Assembly (NCBI GenBank): GCA_963835065.1
Contig: CAWIEK010000044.1
Location: forward strand, 160,001-224,000
DNA from: an uncultured Chthonomonadaceae bacterium
GTDB taxonomy: Bacteria; Armatimonadota; Chthonomonadetes; Chthonomonadales; Chthonomonadaceae
Direction: 5' to 3'
Length of the DNA stretch: 64,000 nucleotides
Part shown: positions 10,500-22,252 of the stretch, one piece after another
Layout of the letters: every line of letters starts with the position of its first letter
Position numbering within the stretch: the stretch's first letter is position 1
Made by a program: the position numbers and the translations under genes
Notes under the pieces: generated by a model
Databases searched by the model: none
Told to the model about the DNA's origin: nothing
The model's input: the letters and a program-made list of their open reading frames with translations, nothing else

Positions 10500-11339
10500 T
10501 TGCTCGCTCAATTTTTTCATCCCGTAACAGGCTCGTCATGGTACGCCTACATCGTGGGCGCGCTGCTCGCGTCAGGCATGCTGCTTGGCCTGCTTACCCT
10601 CGTGCCGCAGAATTTGCGCCGGTATGTGATACAGGGCGCGACGTTTTTGGGCGGGCTGTACTGGGCGCTGGAGTTTTTTCTGCCCACGCATCCCATGCCG
10701 ACGTCGCAAAGCCCGAAAGCGGTGGGCAATTTTCTGACGCCGTATGTTGTGCCGTTCGGCAACGTCGCCAGTATTGTGGCCGCGTTTGCTGTCGGGTTGG
10801 GCATCATCAATCTGGTGCAGGTACACGGCAAGCGCATTACCAAAGGCGGCTCGAATTCTTTCAACAGCGCGGTCTTTTTCGCAGGATTGATCGTGATGTT
10901 TACGGTCAGCATCCTGCGTAAAGCCCACCCGAACGCCATTAACAAGAATCTGAACACGCTGGTTTTCGATGGCGGCCTGCAAACCATGGACGCCACGATG
11001 TTTTCCATTGTGGCCTTTTACATTGTGTCCGCGTCCTACCGCGCCTTCCGGGTCCGCTCCGTAGAGGCCACCCTGCTGCTCGTCACGGCAACCCTCGTGA
11101 TGCTCGGACAGATCGCCATTGGAACCTGGCTTACGCACACCCTGCCCGAAGCCAACGCGGGGCCGATGGGATGGACGCACAACCTGCGCCTTGAAATCAT
11201 CCGCGACTGGATTTTAACCAAAGCCAACGCCCCCGCAAGCCGCGCTATCGCCTTCGGCCTGGGCATCGGTGGCCTGGCCGTCGCCCTGCGCATCTGGCTC
11301 GGCCTGGAACGGGGCAGTTATTTCGACAACAATGGATAG
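10500..11339 (+). CDS. polytopic membrane protein of the DUF6754 operon
   Basis: About 7 hydrophobic helices; ATMFSIVAFYIVSASYRAFRVRS; ends LRIWLGLERGSY. Confidence 0.75.
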   Translation: MLAQFFHPVTGSSWYAYIVGALLASGMLLGLLTLVPQNLRRYVIQGATFLGGLYWALEFFLPTHPMPTSQSPKAVGNFLTPYVVPFGNVASIVAAFAVGLGIINLVQVHGKRITKGGSNSFNSAVFFAGLIVMFTVSILRKAHPNAINKNLNTLVFDGGLQTMDATMFSIVAFYIVSASYRAFRVRSVEATLLLVTATLVMLGQIAIGTWLTHTLPEANAGPMGWTHNLRLEIIRDWILTKANAPASRAIAFGLGIGGLAVALRIWLGLERGSYFDNNG

Positions 11340-11441
11340 GTTTCAGGTTGCAGGTTTCAGGTTTCAGGGGCAATGCTGCTATGCGTAACATAACTAAAAT
11401 GCAGCGTCTTCCTGATACCTGATACCTGCAACCTGAAACCT
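11338..11441. repeat. palindromic element with GGTTTCA / CCTGAWA heptamer arms
   Basis: AGGTTTCAGGTTGCAGG... paired with CCTGCAACCTGAAACCT. Confidence 0.9.
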
Positions 11442-11451
11442 CATCCGCAGG

Positions 11452-12315
11452 ATGGGCATGAACCTACTACGTTTTCTACAAGAAGTGGACCGGCGGTTTT
11501 TGTATGCGCTGCTGCTGCTGGCGGTATGCGCGCCGTTCTTCCTCAAAACGCGCATCCCGGTTCCGATTTCACCGGAAACGCGCGCCCTTTACGACCGCAT
11601 AGAAGCCTTGCCGCCCGGCAGTTTCGTGCTGCTAGGGATGGATTGGTCGGCGGGAACGCGGGGAGAAAACGGGGCGCAAACGGAAGCCCTGATGCGGCAC
11701 CTGATGAAGCGCAAGCTGCGCTTTGCGATGCTGGCGTTTTCCAGCCCGCAGGGCGCGACGCTGGGGCAGATCATTGCGGAACGCCTGCAAACGGAATACG
11801 GCTACCGGGAAGGCATTGACTGGTGCAACTTCGGCTTCAAAACCGATCAGCAGAACTTTTTGCAGGCGTTTGTCCGCAACATTCCCGCGTCTATCGGCGC
11901 GGACGCGCGGGGCATCCCGATTGAGTCCTTGCCCGTCATGAAGGGCATCAACAGCGGACATGATGTGGCGTTTCTGCTGGAAATAACCGGAACCAACACG
12001 TTCAACATCTACATTCAGTTCATGCAAGGCCCCGCCGATGTGCCGATGGCCGTTGCGCTCACGGCAGTTATGGCCCCCGAAGCCTACAATTATGTGGACA
12101 GCAAACAGATTGTCGGGATGCTCAACGGCTTGAAGGGCGGCAACGAGTACGAGCAACTGCTCGGCGTGTTCGGCAAGGCGTCACGGGCAAGCAATTCGTC
12201 CTCGTTCGCGCATCTGCTCATCATTACCTTTATCGCGCTTGGCAACGTCGCCATGCTGCTGGAACGCCGGCAGCGCGCCCGACTGCTCGGATTAAACCAA
12301 TCCGCCAAACAATAA
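11452..12315 (+). CDS. membrane-anchored alpha/beta protein of the DUF6754 operon
   Basis: N- and C-terminal TM helices; YREGIDWCNFGF, QIVGMLNGLKGGNEYEQL. Confidence 0.75.
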   Translation: MGMNLLRFLQEVDRRFLYALLLLAVCAPFFLKTRIPVPISPETRALYDRIEALPPGSFVLLGMDWSAGTRGENGAQTEALMRHLMKRKLRFAMLAFSSPQGATLGQIIAERLQTEYGYREGIDWCNFGFKTDQQNFLQAFVRNIPASIGADARGIPIESLPVMKGINSGHDVAFLLEITGTNTFNIYIQFMQGPADVPMAVALTAVMAPEAYNYVDSKQIVGMLNGLKGGNEYEQLLGVFGKASRASNSSSFAHLLIITFIALGNVAMLLERRQRARLLGLNQSAKQ

Positions 12316-12336
12316 CCAACCGCGAGGCACGAACCC

Positions 12337-13125
12337 ATGACATCGTTTTCACCCTGGCTTGCCGCCCATATTTCCACACTCAGCGCCTGGTTCGGCGCAA
12401 TCTGTACGCTCGGCCTGTACTCGGTTTTGTACAAGGAAAACAAGCTGTATCGGATGTTCGAGCATCTGTTTTTGGGCATGGCGACCGGCTACATGATCGC
12501 GCTGGCGTGGAACGACGTGCTGCTGGTCAAATGGTGGCAGCCGATGCATGATAAGGGCGAGTGGTGGTACATTTTCGCGCTCCTGCCCGGCCTAATGTAC
12601 TATTTCATCTACTCGCGCAAAAACAACTGGATTGCGCGCCTCGTTGTCGGCTTCTTTTTGGGCGTCGCGTCCGGGCAGGCGTTCAAAGCCTTTGTCAACG
12701 ACACATGGCCGCAAATCGCCACGTCGTTCAAGCCCTTGATTCCGCATCCTGCTATATCCGCAACGTCCGATCATCCCGCCGTGAAAGCCCTGACGCTCCC
12801 GGACGCCCTCAACAACCTGCTGTTCATGTTCATTCTGCTGTGCGTGTTGAGCTACTTCTTCTTTTCCTTTGAGCAAAAGCATCCCGTCCTGAACGGCTCC
12901 GCCAAACTGGGACGCTGGCTGCTGATGTTCACGTTCGGCGCGATTTTCGGCTCGACCATCATGGCCCGTCTCGCCCTGCTCATAGACCGCATGGACTTTC
13001 TGCTCAACGACTTCGGCCCCCACATCGGCGGACCGGGCGTGATGTTCGGCGTCCTCGCGCTGCTGACGGTCATAGTCCTCCTCCTCGTCACCCGCCAAAA
13101 ACCAACCACGGAAGAACCGGAGTAA
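12337..13125 (+). CDS. polytopic membrane protein of the DUF6754 operon
   Basis: YSVLYKENKLYRMFEHLFLG, LGRWLLMFTFGAIFGSTIMARLALLIDR; about 7 TM segments. Confidence 0.75.
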   Translation: MTSFSPWLAAHISTLSAWFGAICTLGLYSVLYKENKLYRMFEHLFLGMATGYMIALAWNDVLLVKWWQPMHDKGEWWYIFALLPGLMYYFIYSRKNNWIARLVVGFFLGVASGQAFKAFVNDTWPQIATSFKPLIPHPAISATSDHPAVKALTLPDALNNLLFMFILLCVLSYFFFSFEQKHPVLNGSAKLGRWLLMFTFGAIFGSTIMARLALLIDRMDFLLNDFGPHIGGPGVMFGVLALLTVIVLLLVTRQKPTTEEPE

Positions 13126-13327
13126 ACCACGGGGAACACGGGGACACGGGGAGGAGAGGGGTAGGACAATAGGGGATACTTACCCATTATAAAACAGAGG
13201 ACATGGATCCACAAGGATACAAGATGTAATCAGCCTTCTCCGTATTTATATGGTTCATCCGTTTTGTGTGGTTCTCCTTGTCCTTCCCCTCTCCTCCCCG
13301 TGTCCCCGTGTTCCCCGTGGTTTACTC
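13120..13327. repeat. palindromic element with CACGGGGA-type arms spanning two convergent stop codons
   Basis: GAGTAAACCACGGGGAACACGGGGACACGGGGAGGAGAGGGG paired with CCCCTCTCCTCCCCGTGTCCCCGTGTTCCCCGTGGTTTACTC. Confidence 0.9.
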
Positions 13328-13672
13328 TACCGTTTGCATAAGTTGGAGCAGGTTGTTTTCCGTGTCGCGGAACATGGCGAAGGTGTAGCCGCCTTCGCTG
13401 GTGGGTGGCAGGAAGAAGGCGACGCCCTTGCCGGTCAGTTCGGCGAATGTGGCGCGGACATCCGCAACGAACAGGGCCAGCGAAACGGCGTTGGGATCGA
13501 AGCGCAGGTCGGGCGACACATCGGGAGCCAGCTGCAGGCCGACCCCCTCCGCAAACAGCACAATGTCTTCCTGTTCGGACTCGACGCTGAACCCCAGCAG
13601 GTCGCGGTAAAACCGCAGCGCCTTCTCAATATCCTGCACCATCACCATCGCCCGAATACCCTGTAATTGCAA
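13322..13672 (-). CDS. VOC/glyoxalase family protein
   Basis: VQDIEKALRFYRDLLGF...FRDTENNLLQL; probable TTG start after AAGGGAG. Confidence 0.85.
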   Translation of the reverse strand: MQLQGIRAMVMVQDIEKALRFYRDLLGFSVESEQEDIVLFAEGVGLQLAPDVSPDLRFDPNAVSLALFVADVRATFAELTGKGVAFFLPPTSEGGYTFAMFRDTENNLLQLMQTVE

Positions 13673-13712
13673 CGTAGATTCTCCCTTGATGCAGGCGCGT
13701 GGCGCAGGAGCG

Positions 13713-13925
13713 TCAGGCGGCGGACTTTTGGGCTTCGCGGCGTTCGCGCTCTTCACGCTCCTCGCGGTACCAGGCAGCCAGTTCCCCGTTCATGTCCGTT
13801 TCGGGAATACCCGGTTCCCGATATTCCAGCATCGCAAGCAGTTCTTCCGGCGTCATCTGGCAAATGCGTTCCAGTACGCGCTTTGTTACTTCCGGGTGGG
13901 TGGGCGGCAAGTTCAGTTTTTCCAT
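13713..13925 (-). CDS. small hypothetical protein
   Basis: 70-aa charged ORF directly downstream of the ART-like gene. Confidence 0.5.
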   Translation of the reverse strand: MEKLNLPPTHPEVTKRVLERICQMTPEELLAMLEYREPGIPETDMNGELAAWYREEREERERREAQKSAA

Positions 13926-13970
13926 TGGACATTTCTCCACAAACGGCTTCACGGTATATCAGATAGCTCA

Positions 13971-14549
13971 TCAGGGAAATTTTACCAGATGTAGGCGGGA
14001 AAGGCAACTCGCATCACGCACGGCAATCTGTACATGCGCTAATTCCAGTATTTTCGATCCCGGATAAAGCGGCTGTCCTTCGGGAAAGCTGCCGCGCACC
14101 GTTTGAACGGGTCGCGCGTTTTGTTCCTCTATAAGCAGGCAGTACGTATCAATTACGCGACGATCCAGAAAGTGCGCTCCCGATGCTGTATTTCGCGGCA
14201 AGTTACCGAAGCCCACGAACGACACCATGCCCTAATAAACGCGCACTAATTCACCGCTGTTCTGTGTGTCCAGCAGGTTCAGACTGTTTCCCAAGCGGAT
14301 GGTAACGCCGACAACGGCGGCGTCCTGTCCGAGCGGTTCAAAGCGTCTGCGCGCCCAATCTAGAGTGCGGTAGGGCGCGTACTCCCAGAAGTAGATGCCT
14401 CTGCCGAGCCAATCATAGGCGTTTTCGGACACGGCAAACTGCTGTTCGGTCAGTATCTTTTCCGCCGTTGCGCGGGTGCAGCCATGATAGCCGAGAATGG
14501 TGTTAGGAGCCGTGTACGGGCGTCGTTGTGGAAAGTGAGTTGGCGTCAA
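13971..14549 (-). pseudogene. ADP-ribosyltransferase-fold (DUF3990-like) protein with in-frame TAG at 14232-14234
   Basis: GYHGC, WLGRGIYFWE and HVQIAVRD motifs across two same-frame ORFs separated by one stop. Confidence 0.6.
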
Positions 14550-14653
14550 GGATAAATTCTCTTTGTCGAAGTGAAGGAAGGCGTGGGAGAAGCAAGAACG
14601 GAAACCTGAATGGGAACTCAGACGTTGCCTGGCTTGGACATTTACGTTCTGAA

Positions 14654-16063
14654 TTAATGAGCGTCCAGCAAGGTGAGGCTGCCGGAAACGGCGGTGGTTA
14701 AGGCTTGCTGGCCTGTGCCGTCCACTTTGATGGTGTACAGGCTGTTGGTAGAGTTGCTGGTTGTGGTGGCGTCGAAAATGATCTGGGTTCCGTCCGTACT
14801 GAAGCGCGCGGTTCCAATGGACGGAGCCGCCAATTTCGTGATCTGCGTTGGGCTGGAGCCGTCGGCGTTGATAGTGAAAATATCGTATTTATTGCTGGAC
14901 TGCGCCACGTACACGATTTTGCTGCCGTCCGGGCTATACGTGTACCAGGGCACGACAGTGGGGCCGAATGTGGGAGTTGAAGTCAGTCCGGTTCCGTCCG
15001 CATTTACGAGGTTGTACTGTAACGTCGTGCCGCCGCTCGTCGTGGTTGAGGTAAAGCGAATCTGGCCGGATTTTGTATACGCGGGATTGTCTGCATTGAA
15101 GCCGTTGAAATTTCTCGTGATCTGCGTCATTCCGGTTCCATCCGGCTTGATGGTATAAATCTGGTCGCTGCCCGTTACATCGTAAATAAACACGATGGTT
15201 TTGCCGTCGGAACTGTAGGAGGGCGTTCGGGGCCGCGCCTGCTGATTATCGGGCCGCAAGCCGCCAATGAGAAGTTGCTGTACGCTGCTGCCGTCCGGGG
15301 CCGCGACAACAAGCAAATCTCCCACCGTGGATTGCGTATCATACACCAGGCTTTTGGCGTCCGGGGCAAAGGCGGCGTGTCCGATGCTTTCGCTGCCTTG
15401 TCCGCCCGTTGTGCTGATCGGCAGCGCAGTGGAACTGCCTACACTGGTCGCGTACAGCGTTCCGGCGTTGGACAGGCCGGTGTTGGACAGGAACAGCAGG
15501 GCTGTGGCGCGGTTACTGCCCGTGCCGCCGCCCGTTGTCGTCGTGACAATCGTAGACGCCAGAACCGCGTATACGCCCAGCGTGGCTGCTGTGCCGGACA
15601 CCACTTTGTTGTTGGTATCCAGCGAACTGTCGCTAACCAGCGTCCAAGCTCCGCTCACCACCTCATACAGTTGGAGACTGCTTTCCTGCGCGCCTTTGGG
15701 CAGCGCGCCGCCGTTGTAGCGAATAGAAATACGCGCGGTTCCCGACAGCGTAGCGGCGGAACTGGTGAAACTGTAAGCCGTGCCGGATACCACGCGAACA
15801 TCGGAGGGATACGAGGTCGTCTGCTGCACGGAATACAGCGCGGTGGTGGAGGTCGTGCTGCTGCTGTTGGCCTGTATAAGCAACGTGGCGTTGCCGTTGA
15901 CGATTTCGCCGCCGCCACTGCCGATAGTCTGCGTCACGGCGGGCGTTCCGCCACCGGCGATAGTGCCGCCGCCGCATCCGGCCAGAAACAGCAAAACAGT
16001 CAGGCAAGCCAATGTGCCCATCGCATAGTGAACTAATTTTTTAAACGCTTGGGTTTGACGCAT
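14654..16063 (-). CDS. lipoprotein with ZU5-like domain and TolB/PD40 beta-propeller repeats
   Basis: LAGC lipobox; repeated PSYSSDGKTIVF, YSPDGSKIVY, FSTDGTQIIF; Thr/Ser-rich. Confidence 0.75.
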   Translation of the reverse strand: MRQTQAFKKLVHYAMGTLACLTVLLFLAGCGGGTIAGGGTPAVTQTIGSGGGEIVNGNATLLIQANSSSTTSTTALYSVQQTTSYPSDVRVVSGTAYSFTSSAATLSGTARISIRYNGGALPKGAQESSLQLYEVVSGAWTLVSDSSLDTNNKVVSGTAATLGVYAVLASTIVTTTTGGGTGSNRATALLFLSNTGLSNAGTLYATSVGSSTALPISTTGGQGSESIGHAAFAPDAKSLVYDTQSTVGDLLVVAAPDGSSVQQLLIGGLRPDNQQARPRTPSYSSDGKTIVFIYDVTGSDQIYTIKPDGTGMTQITRNFNGFNADNPAYTKSGQIRFTSTTTSGGTTLQYNLVNADGTGLTSTPTFGPTVVPWYTYSPDGSKIVYVAQSSNKYDIFTINADGSSPTQITKLAAPSIGTARFSTDGTQIIFDATTTSNSTNSLYTIKVDGTGQQALTTAVSGSLTLLDAH

Positions 16064-16150
16064 AGAGAAGATGCTCCTAAAAATGCAGCGCCATTCAAAT
16101 ATGTGCTAGCTCCGCTAACAACATTGCGTCACTGCGAACTTTGCCGTTTC

Positions 16151-16174
16151 GGGCGCAATAAATTGCGCCCCTAC
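16151..16174 (-). repeat. GTAG-family REP-like palindrome
   Basis: Minus strand GTAGGGGCGCAATTTATTGCGCCC. Confidence 0.65.
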
Positions 16175-16361
16175 GAACCTTGCTTTGAATGGCTTACTAT
16201 TGAATGGAATAGCAAGTTACACAATAGGTGACTTGCTTCGATATTGACGCGCAATCCGCCCGTTCGTTACCGTTATTTCGGTTCGGGCGTCGCTCCTGTC
16301 GGTTCGTTCTTTTCGTTTGTTTCGCGTATTTAGCGGTTTGTCAAGGCATTGCGCGGTTCGC

Positions 16362-18092
<1,731 letters not shown>

Positions 18093-18250
18093 GCGTTCTT
18101 TCAACTCCCTTGTTGTCCTCTGCATTTTGTGTTGATAAATAAGGGTAACAACAGCAACTTTTCCTGATGATGAGCTGTCATTGAATTGAAACAGGCGGAG
18201 GGTCCTTTTCCCGGATTCGTGAGCAATGCTCCCGTCTGTTGTCCTCTTTA

Positions 18251-19081
18251 TTACTTTGAACCTTCATTTTTGTCCTCGCGTACATCAAAGTGAATTGCCG
18301 CCAGAAGCGCGGCTTGATTTGTCTTCCATGCGGCGTCTGCGCTTTGGGATGGCAATTCCAGTGTGACGATGCCGATGTTTAGCTGCTTGCCGCAGTAGTT
18401 GCCGAAACTGCCGGGTGTGGGGTAGCCGGTTGTTTCGGCGATTTTGTACCCGTTTTCATTGCGCATTACTTGCGCCATGCGCAGGCCACTGTTGGCTGTC
18501 CAGACAAGTTCGTGAAACGGCGAATGGAGGCTGATGACTTTAGATGGCTTGTATTTCGACAAAAGGCGCATCATTGCCTGCGTTTCCGGCTCCGAAGCCG
18601 GCTTGGGGCCGGGATTGGTATTTTTCGAGGCCGCTTTCGCCTGCCAGTGGAACGGAAAATTGCGGTTCAAATCCACGCCATGCGCGTTTGTTCGCGTATT
18701 CGCGTACCAGCCGTCCGGGTTGGCGCAGGGCACAAGGACGACTTTGCAGTTTTCCAGCGCTTCCGCATGGTTCTTCAGATACGTCCGCAATCGCTGCACC
18801 ACGCCTACGCTACTTCGCTCGTTGCCGTGAAATGCGCCGAAAATGCAGGTCACATTGCCGCCATTTCCCATAATATACGCCGTCAGCGGCCTGCCCTGAA
18901 CCGATTTGCCGTATACCTCTTTCGTTTCCGAGACTGCTTTGTGCTGCGCCTGCGCTCCTGCCGGACACGCCACGCAAAGCAACGCCGGCACAAACAACTC
19001 TATACCTCGATAGCGATTAGCATTGTTTAACAACGTCGTGCCATTTTCTGCAACAGGGCGGTAACGCGAAACTGAATTCAA
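18251..19081 (-). CDS. M14 zinc carboxypeptidase, murein peptide amidase MpaA-like (start uncertain)
   Basis: [33 protein letters not shown]. Confidence 0.85.
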   Translation of the reverse strand: MNSVSRYRPVAENGTTLLNNANRYRGIELFVPALLCVACPAGAQAQHKAVSETKEVYGKSVQGRPLTAYIMGNGGNVTCIFGAFHGNERSSVGVVQRLRTYLKNHAEALENCKVVLVPCANPDGWYANTRTNAHGVDLNRNFPFHWQAKAASKNTNPGPKPASEPETQAMMRLLSKYKPSKVISLHSPFHELVWTANSGLRMAQVMRNENGYKIAETTGYPTPGSFGNYCGKQLNIGIVTLELPSQSADAAWKTNQAALLAAIHFDVREDKNEGSK

Positions 19082-20709
19082 CGCGCCGCATTGGTTTGTA
19101 CGCTGACGGTAGTTCCATTCGCTGCCGTCGGCTTGAGTTCAAACACGAACGGCTTGCCCTGATTGCCATAGCGGTCTACGAGCGACAGGGCCACCATGTC
19201 CACGTTCAGCGCGTTGCCGGCGGAATTGATGGTCAGGCCGCCCTGCTTGCCGGGCAGAATTTGCGTTTTCCAGGTTCCCGCCTGCCGCGTCTGCACCACC
19301 CATTGCGCGGGGGTATCGGACTGCGGCGCGCTCCACGCCAGTTTGACGTCGTTTGTGTTGGGGTCAATTTGTATCAGCGTCAGGGGCTGACCGGGCTGCT
19401 TGTTGCTTAACCAGGGCGACGCGGGAATCAGGGCAGGCGACTGGTAAACGGTCTGCATCAGCCGTTCATCCAATCCCTTACGGTCGTGCAGCAAAACTTC
19501 CATGCTGAAATGCACGTTGCCTGTCGCTCCCAGCTGACTGCGCGTGGCTTGTACCTGATTGACAACTTCGTCCACGCTGTACGATTTTGTGCCTCCATCC
19601 GCCACCCGGCTGGTATAATTGCCCGCCCAGATGTGCCGCCCCTTGACGTTCTGCTCCGTCCACCATTTCAGCAAAACCGGGTAGCTTTGCGGGGTTTGGG
19701 CAATCGGCCAGTACAACTGCGGCGCCAGGTAATCGCACCAGCCTTCGCGCAGCCATTTTTGCGAATCGCAGTAGATTTCCTGATACGCATCGAAGCCTTT
19801 AATCTGCGCAGGCTGGCCGGGACGGTAAATGCCGAACGGACTGATGCCCACCTTCACCCAGGGCTTTTCCGCCTTGACGCTGCTGTACACCTTCTGGATA
19901 AACTGGTTGACGTTTTCGCGCCGCCAATCGTCCCGCCCCAGCGTTCCGCCCCCCGTTGTGTACTTTTTATAACTGGCGTCGTCGGGAAACGGGATTTCCT
20001 TTTTGTTCTTGTCGTTTTCGCGGTAAGGATAAAAGTAATCGTCCACATGGATGCCGTCCACGTCGTAGCGCTTCACGATGTCCATGATGACACTCCGCGA
20101 CCATTCCTGCGTATCCGGTTCGCCCGGATCGAGCCACAGGTGCGTTCCGTATTTGCGCACAATACCGGGCTGCGTTTTGCTGATGTGGTTGGGCGCCGTG
20201 GATTTGGAGGAGGGATGGCGGGCGCGATAGGGATTGATCCAGGCGTGGAGTTCCATGCCGCGCTTGTGCGCCTCGTCAATGGCAAAGGCAAGCGGGTCAT
20301 AATAGGGTTCGGGCGCTTGGCCCTGCGTTCCCGTGAGGTATTCTGACCAGGGTTCCAGTTGTGAATCGTACAGCGCATCGCACGTGGGCCGCACCTGAAA
20401 CACAACGGCGTTCAGATGCAATTGCGCCGCCTTGTCCATAATGGCGACAAGTTCGGCTTTTTGCTTGTCCGTCGGCAGGCCACGCTTGGAAGGCCAGTCA
20501 ATGTTTTCCACCGTCGCCACCCACACGCCCCGAAACTCCCGACTGACAGCAGGAACCACATCTCCCTGCGCCACCGTTACATTCCGGTTCGCCGCGCCCA
20601 CCGTTTTGACGCCGCCCGTCTTCTTGCCCGCCTGCCCTTTATCCGCCATCACGCCCGACACAATCGCCAGCGACAGCAGCGCCCACGCGCCCATCATTCC
20701 AAAACGCAT
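19078..20709 (-). CDS. glycoside hydrolase-like 10 (YddW/DigH family) secreted protein
   Basis: EFRGVWVATVENIDWPS, HAWINPYR, YDVDGIHVDDYFYPY, DYLAPQLYW. Confidence 0.9.
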   Translation of the reverse strand: MRFGMMGAWALLSLAIVSGVMADKGQAGKKTGGVKTVGAANRNVTVAQGDVVPAVSREFRGVWVATVENIDWPSKRGLPTDKQKAELVAIMDKAAQLHLNAVVFQVRPTCDALYDSQLEPWSEYLTGTQGQAPEPYYDPLAFAIDEAHKRGMELHAWINPYRARHPSSKSTAPNHISKTQPGIVRKYGTHLWLDPGEPDTQEWSRSVIMDIVKRYDVDGIHVDDYFYPYRENDKNKKEIPFPDDASYKKYTTGGGTLGRDDWRRENVNQFIQKVYSSVKAEKPWVKVGISPFGIYRPGQPAQIKGFDAYQEIYCDSQKWLREGWCDYLAPQLYWPIAQTPQSYPVLLKWWTEQNVKGRHIWAGNYTSRVADGGTKSYSVDEVVNQVQATRSQLGATGNVHFSMEVLLHDRKGLDERLMQTVYQSPALIPASPWLSNKQPGQPLTLIQIDPNTNDVKLAWSAPQSDTPAQWVVQTRQAGTWKTQILPGKQGGLTINSAGNALNVDMVALSLVDRYGNQGKPFVFELKPTAANGTTVSVQTNAAR

Positions 20710-20744
20710 TTTTCTTTGTACTGCCTTTCGTTCTGTGGTCTTCT

Positions 20745-20881
20745 TTGTCTTGAACCATGATTAAGCATGATCAGGCTGATTAACATGATTTTAGGGAGTG
20801 AGATTATGCGGCGGACGAGAGCGTGAGCTGCACAGCATCATGACAATCATCAAAATCATGCCTAATCATGGTTCAAGACAA
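20745..20881. repeat. palindromic element with CATGATTAA-type 9-mer arms
   Basis: TTGTCTTGAACCATGATTA paired with TAATCATGGTTCAAGACAA. Confidence 0.85.
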
Positions 20882-21139
20882 TCACTGTTGAGAATTGGCG
20901 CGCAGTAACTCGTGGCGTTCTTCTTCCAGCGTTTCCCGTCCGGCGGATGCCCGCAGCAAGTCATGGGAAATATCAGGGCTGGCTTCCGAACCGCGCAAAA
21001 GGGATTACGCAAGCGTCTTTTCCTGTACTCGTGCTTCCAGAAACGCAACACACCGGTTTTTCATAGGTTTTACAAGCCGATCTCCGGGGAATTTATTCCA
21101 CGGCATTTACTCACCGCGCTTACATAAACGGTATTGTTC

Positions 21140-22231
21140 TCACAACCCACATTCGCGCAATGCGGCAATGACGTTATCTCGATGTGCCATGTTCTGCGCA
21201 CGAATAGTGACATGCCCAATTTTTCGTCCTGCACGGGGGGCTTTGCCGTACAGGTGCAGATGCGCGTGTTCTGTTTCCAGTATTTTGCGCGTGTCGGGCA
21301 GTTCTCCAATGATGTTGAGCATGGCGGAAACGCCCCTGTGAGACGTAGAACCCAGCGGCAAGCCGGCCATTGCTCGGATATGATTTTCAAATTGGCTGCA
21401 CTCTGCCCCCTCAATGGTCCAATGCCCGGAATTGTGAACGCGCGGGGCCATTTCGTTGGCAATGAGTTGATCGCCCTGCTGAAAAAACTCAATTGCAAGG
21501 ACACCAACATAGTTCAAGGTTTCCAGTACGCGCAAGGCGTGAGTTTCCGCCTGTATCTGCAGCGCATCTGAGTGATTCGGCGCGGGACATAGCGACAGGC
21601 GTAGTATTCCCTCCCTGTGATGGTTTTCCACGAGAGGATAAAACGCCGTTCCGCCCGCTCTGCCGCGAACCGCCAGTATGGATAGTTCTCTGTCGAAGAG
21701 TATAAACCCTTCCAAAATCAATTCCTGCCCGTTCAATTCCTGCCAGGCATTCTCCACATCCTCTGATGTTTTCAGTACAAATTGCCCCTTGCCGTCGTAG
21801 CCCATCCGCCGCGTTTTCAGCAGGGCAGGCAGTCCAATCTGCGCAATGGCATTTGCCAGTTCCTCCCGGCTGCCGACGGGCGCAAACGGCGCGGTGGGAA
21901 CATCCAAACTTTGCAAAAACGTTTTTTCAACAAGCCTGTCCTGCGACTTTTCCAGGGCTGCCGGTGGCGGAAACACTGGTACGCGGGCTTGCAGCCATGC
22001 CGCCGACGCTTGCGGCACGTTCTCAAACTCATACGTGACCACCTCCACGCCCTCTACAAACCGCGCCAGGGCGTTCGTATCCTCATACTCCGCCACAATA
22101 TGTTCTGCAACAAGCGCGGCACACGCCTCCGATGACGGGTCCAAAACCCGAAACTCCAGCCCCAACGGAATGCCCGCCAAACACAGCATCCGCGCCAACT
22201 GCCCCCCGCCCAGTATGCCAATCTTCATCAC
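21140..22231 (-). CDS. purK: N5-carboxyaminoimidazole ribonucleotide synthase
   Basis: GILGGGQLARM, GYDGKGQ, NEMAPRVHNSGHWT, GRKIGHV. Confidence 0.97.
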   Translation of the reverse strand: MMKIGILGGGQLARMLCLAGIPLGLEFRVLDPSSEACAALVAEHIVAEYEDTNALARFVEGVEVVTYEFENVPQASAAWLQARVPVFPPPAALEKSQDRLVEKTFLQSLDVPTAPFAPVGSREELANAIAQIGLPALLKTRRMGYDGKGQFVLKTSEDVENAWQELNGQELILEGFILFDRELSILAVRGRAGGTAFYPLVENHHREGILRLSLCPAPNHSDALQIQAETHALRVLETLNYVGVLAIEFFQQGDQLIANEMAPRVHNSGHWTIEGAECSQFENHIRAMAGLPLGSTSHRGVSAMLNIIGELPDTRKILETEHAHLHLYGKAPRAGRKIGHVTIRAQNMAHRDNVIAALRECGL

Positions 22232-22252
22232 GCTACCTCATTAGGAGAACTA

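Noticed and set aside
805..14234. Stop-codon reassignment to explain in-frame TAA/TAG
   Set aside because: TAA, TAG and TGA all terminate conserved genes normally in this window.
18160..18200. Hammerhead-like CTGATGA...GAAAC upstream of ilvD
   Set aside because: Stem II does not abut GAAA and I could not build stems I and III. The adjacent sequence is better explained by a terminator-like hairpin.
20884..21065. Small minus-strand ORF remnant (MKNRCVAFLEARVQEKTLA*SLLRG...EEERHELLR)
   Set aside because: Short, interrupted and without a recognisable family; too weak to call.
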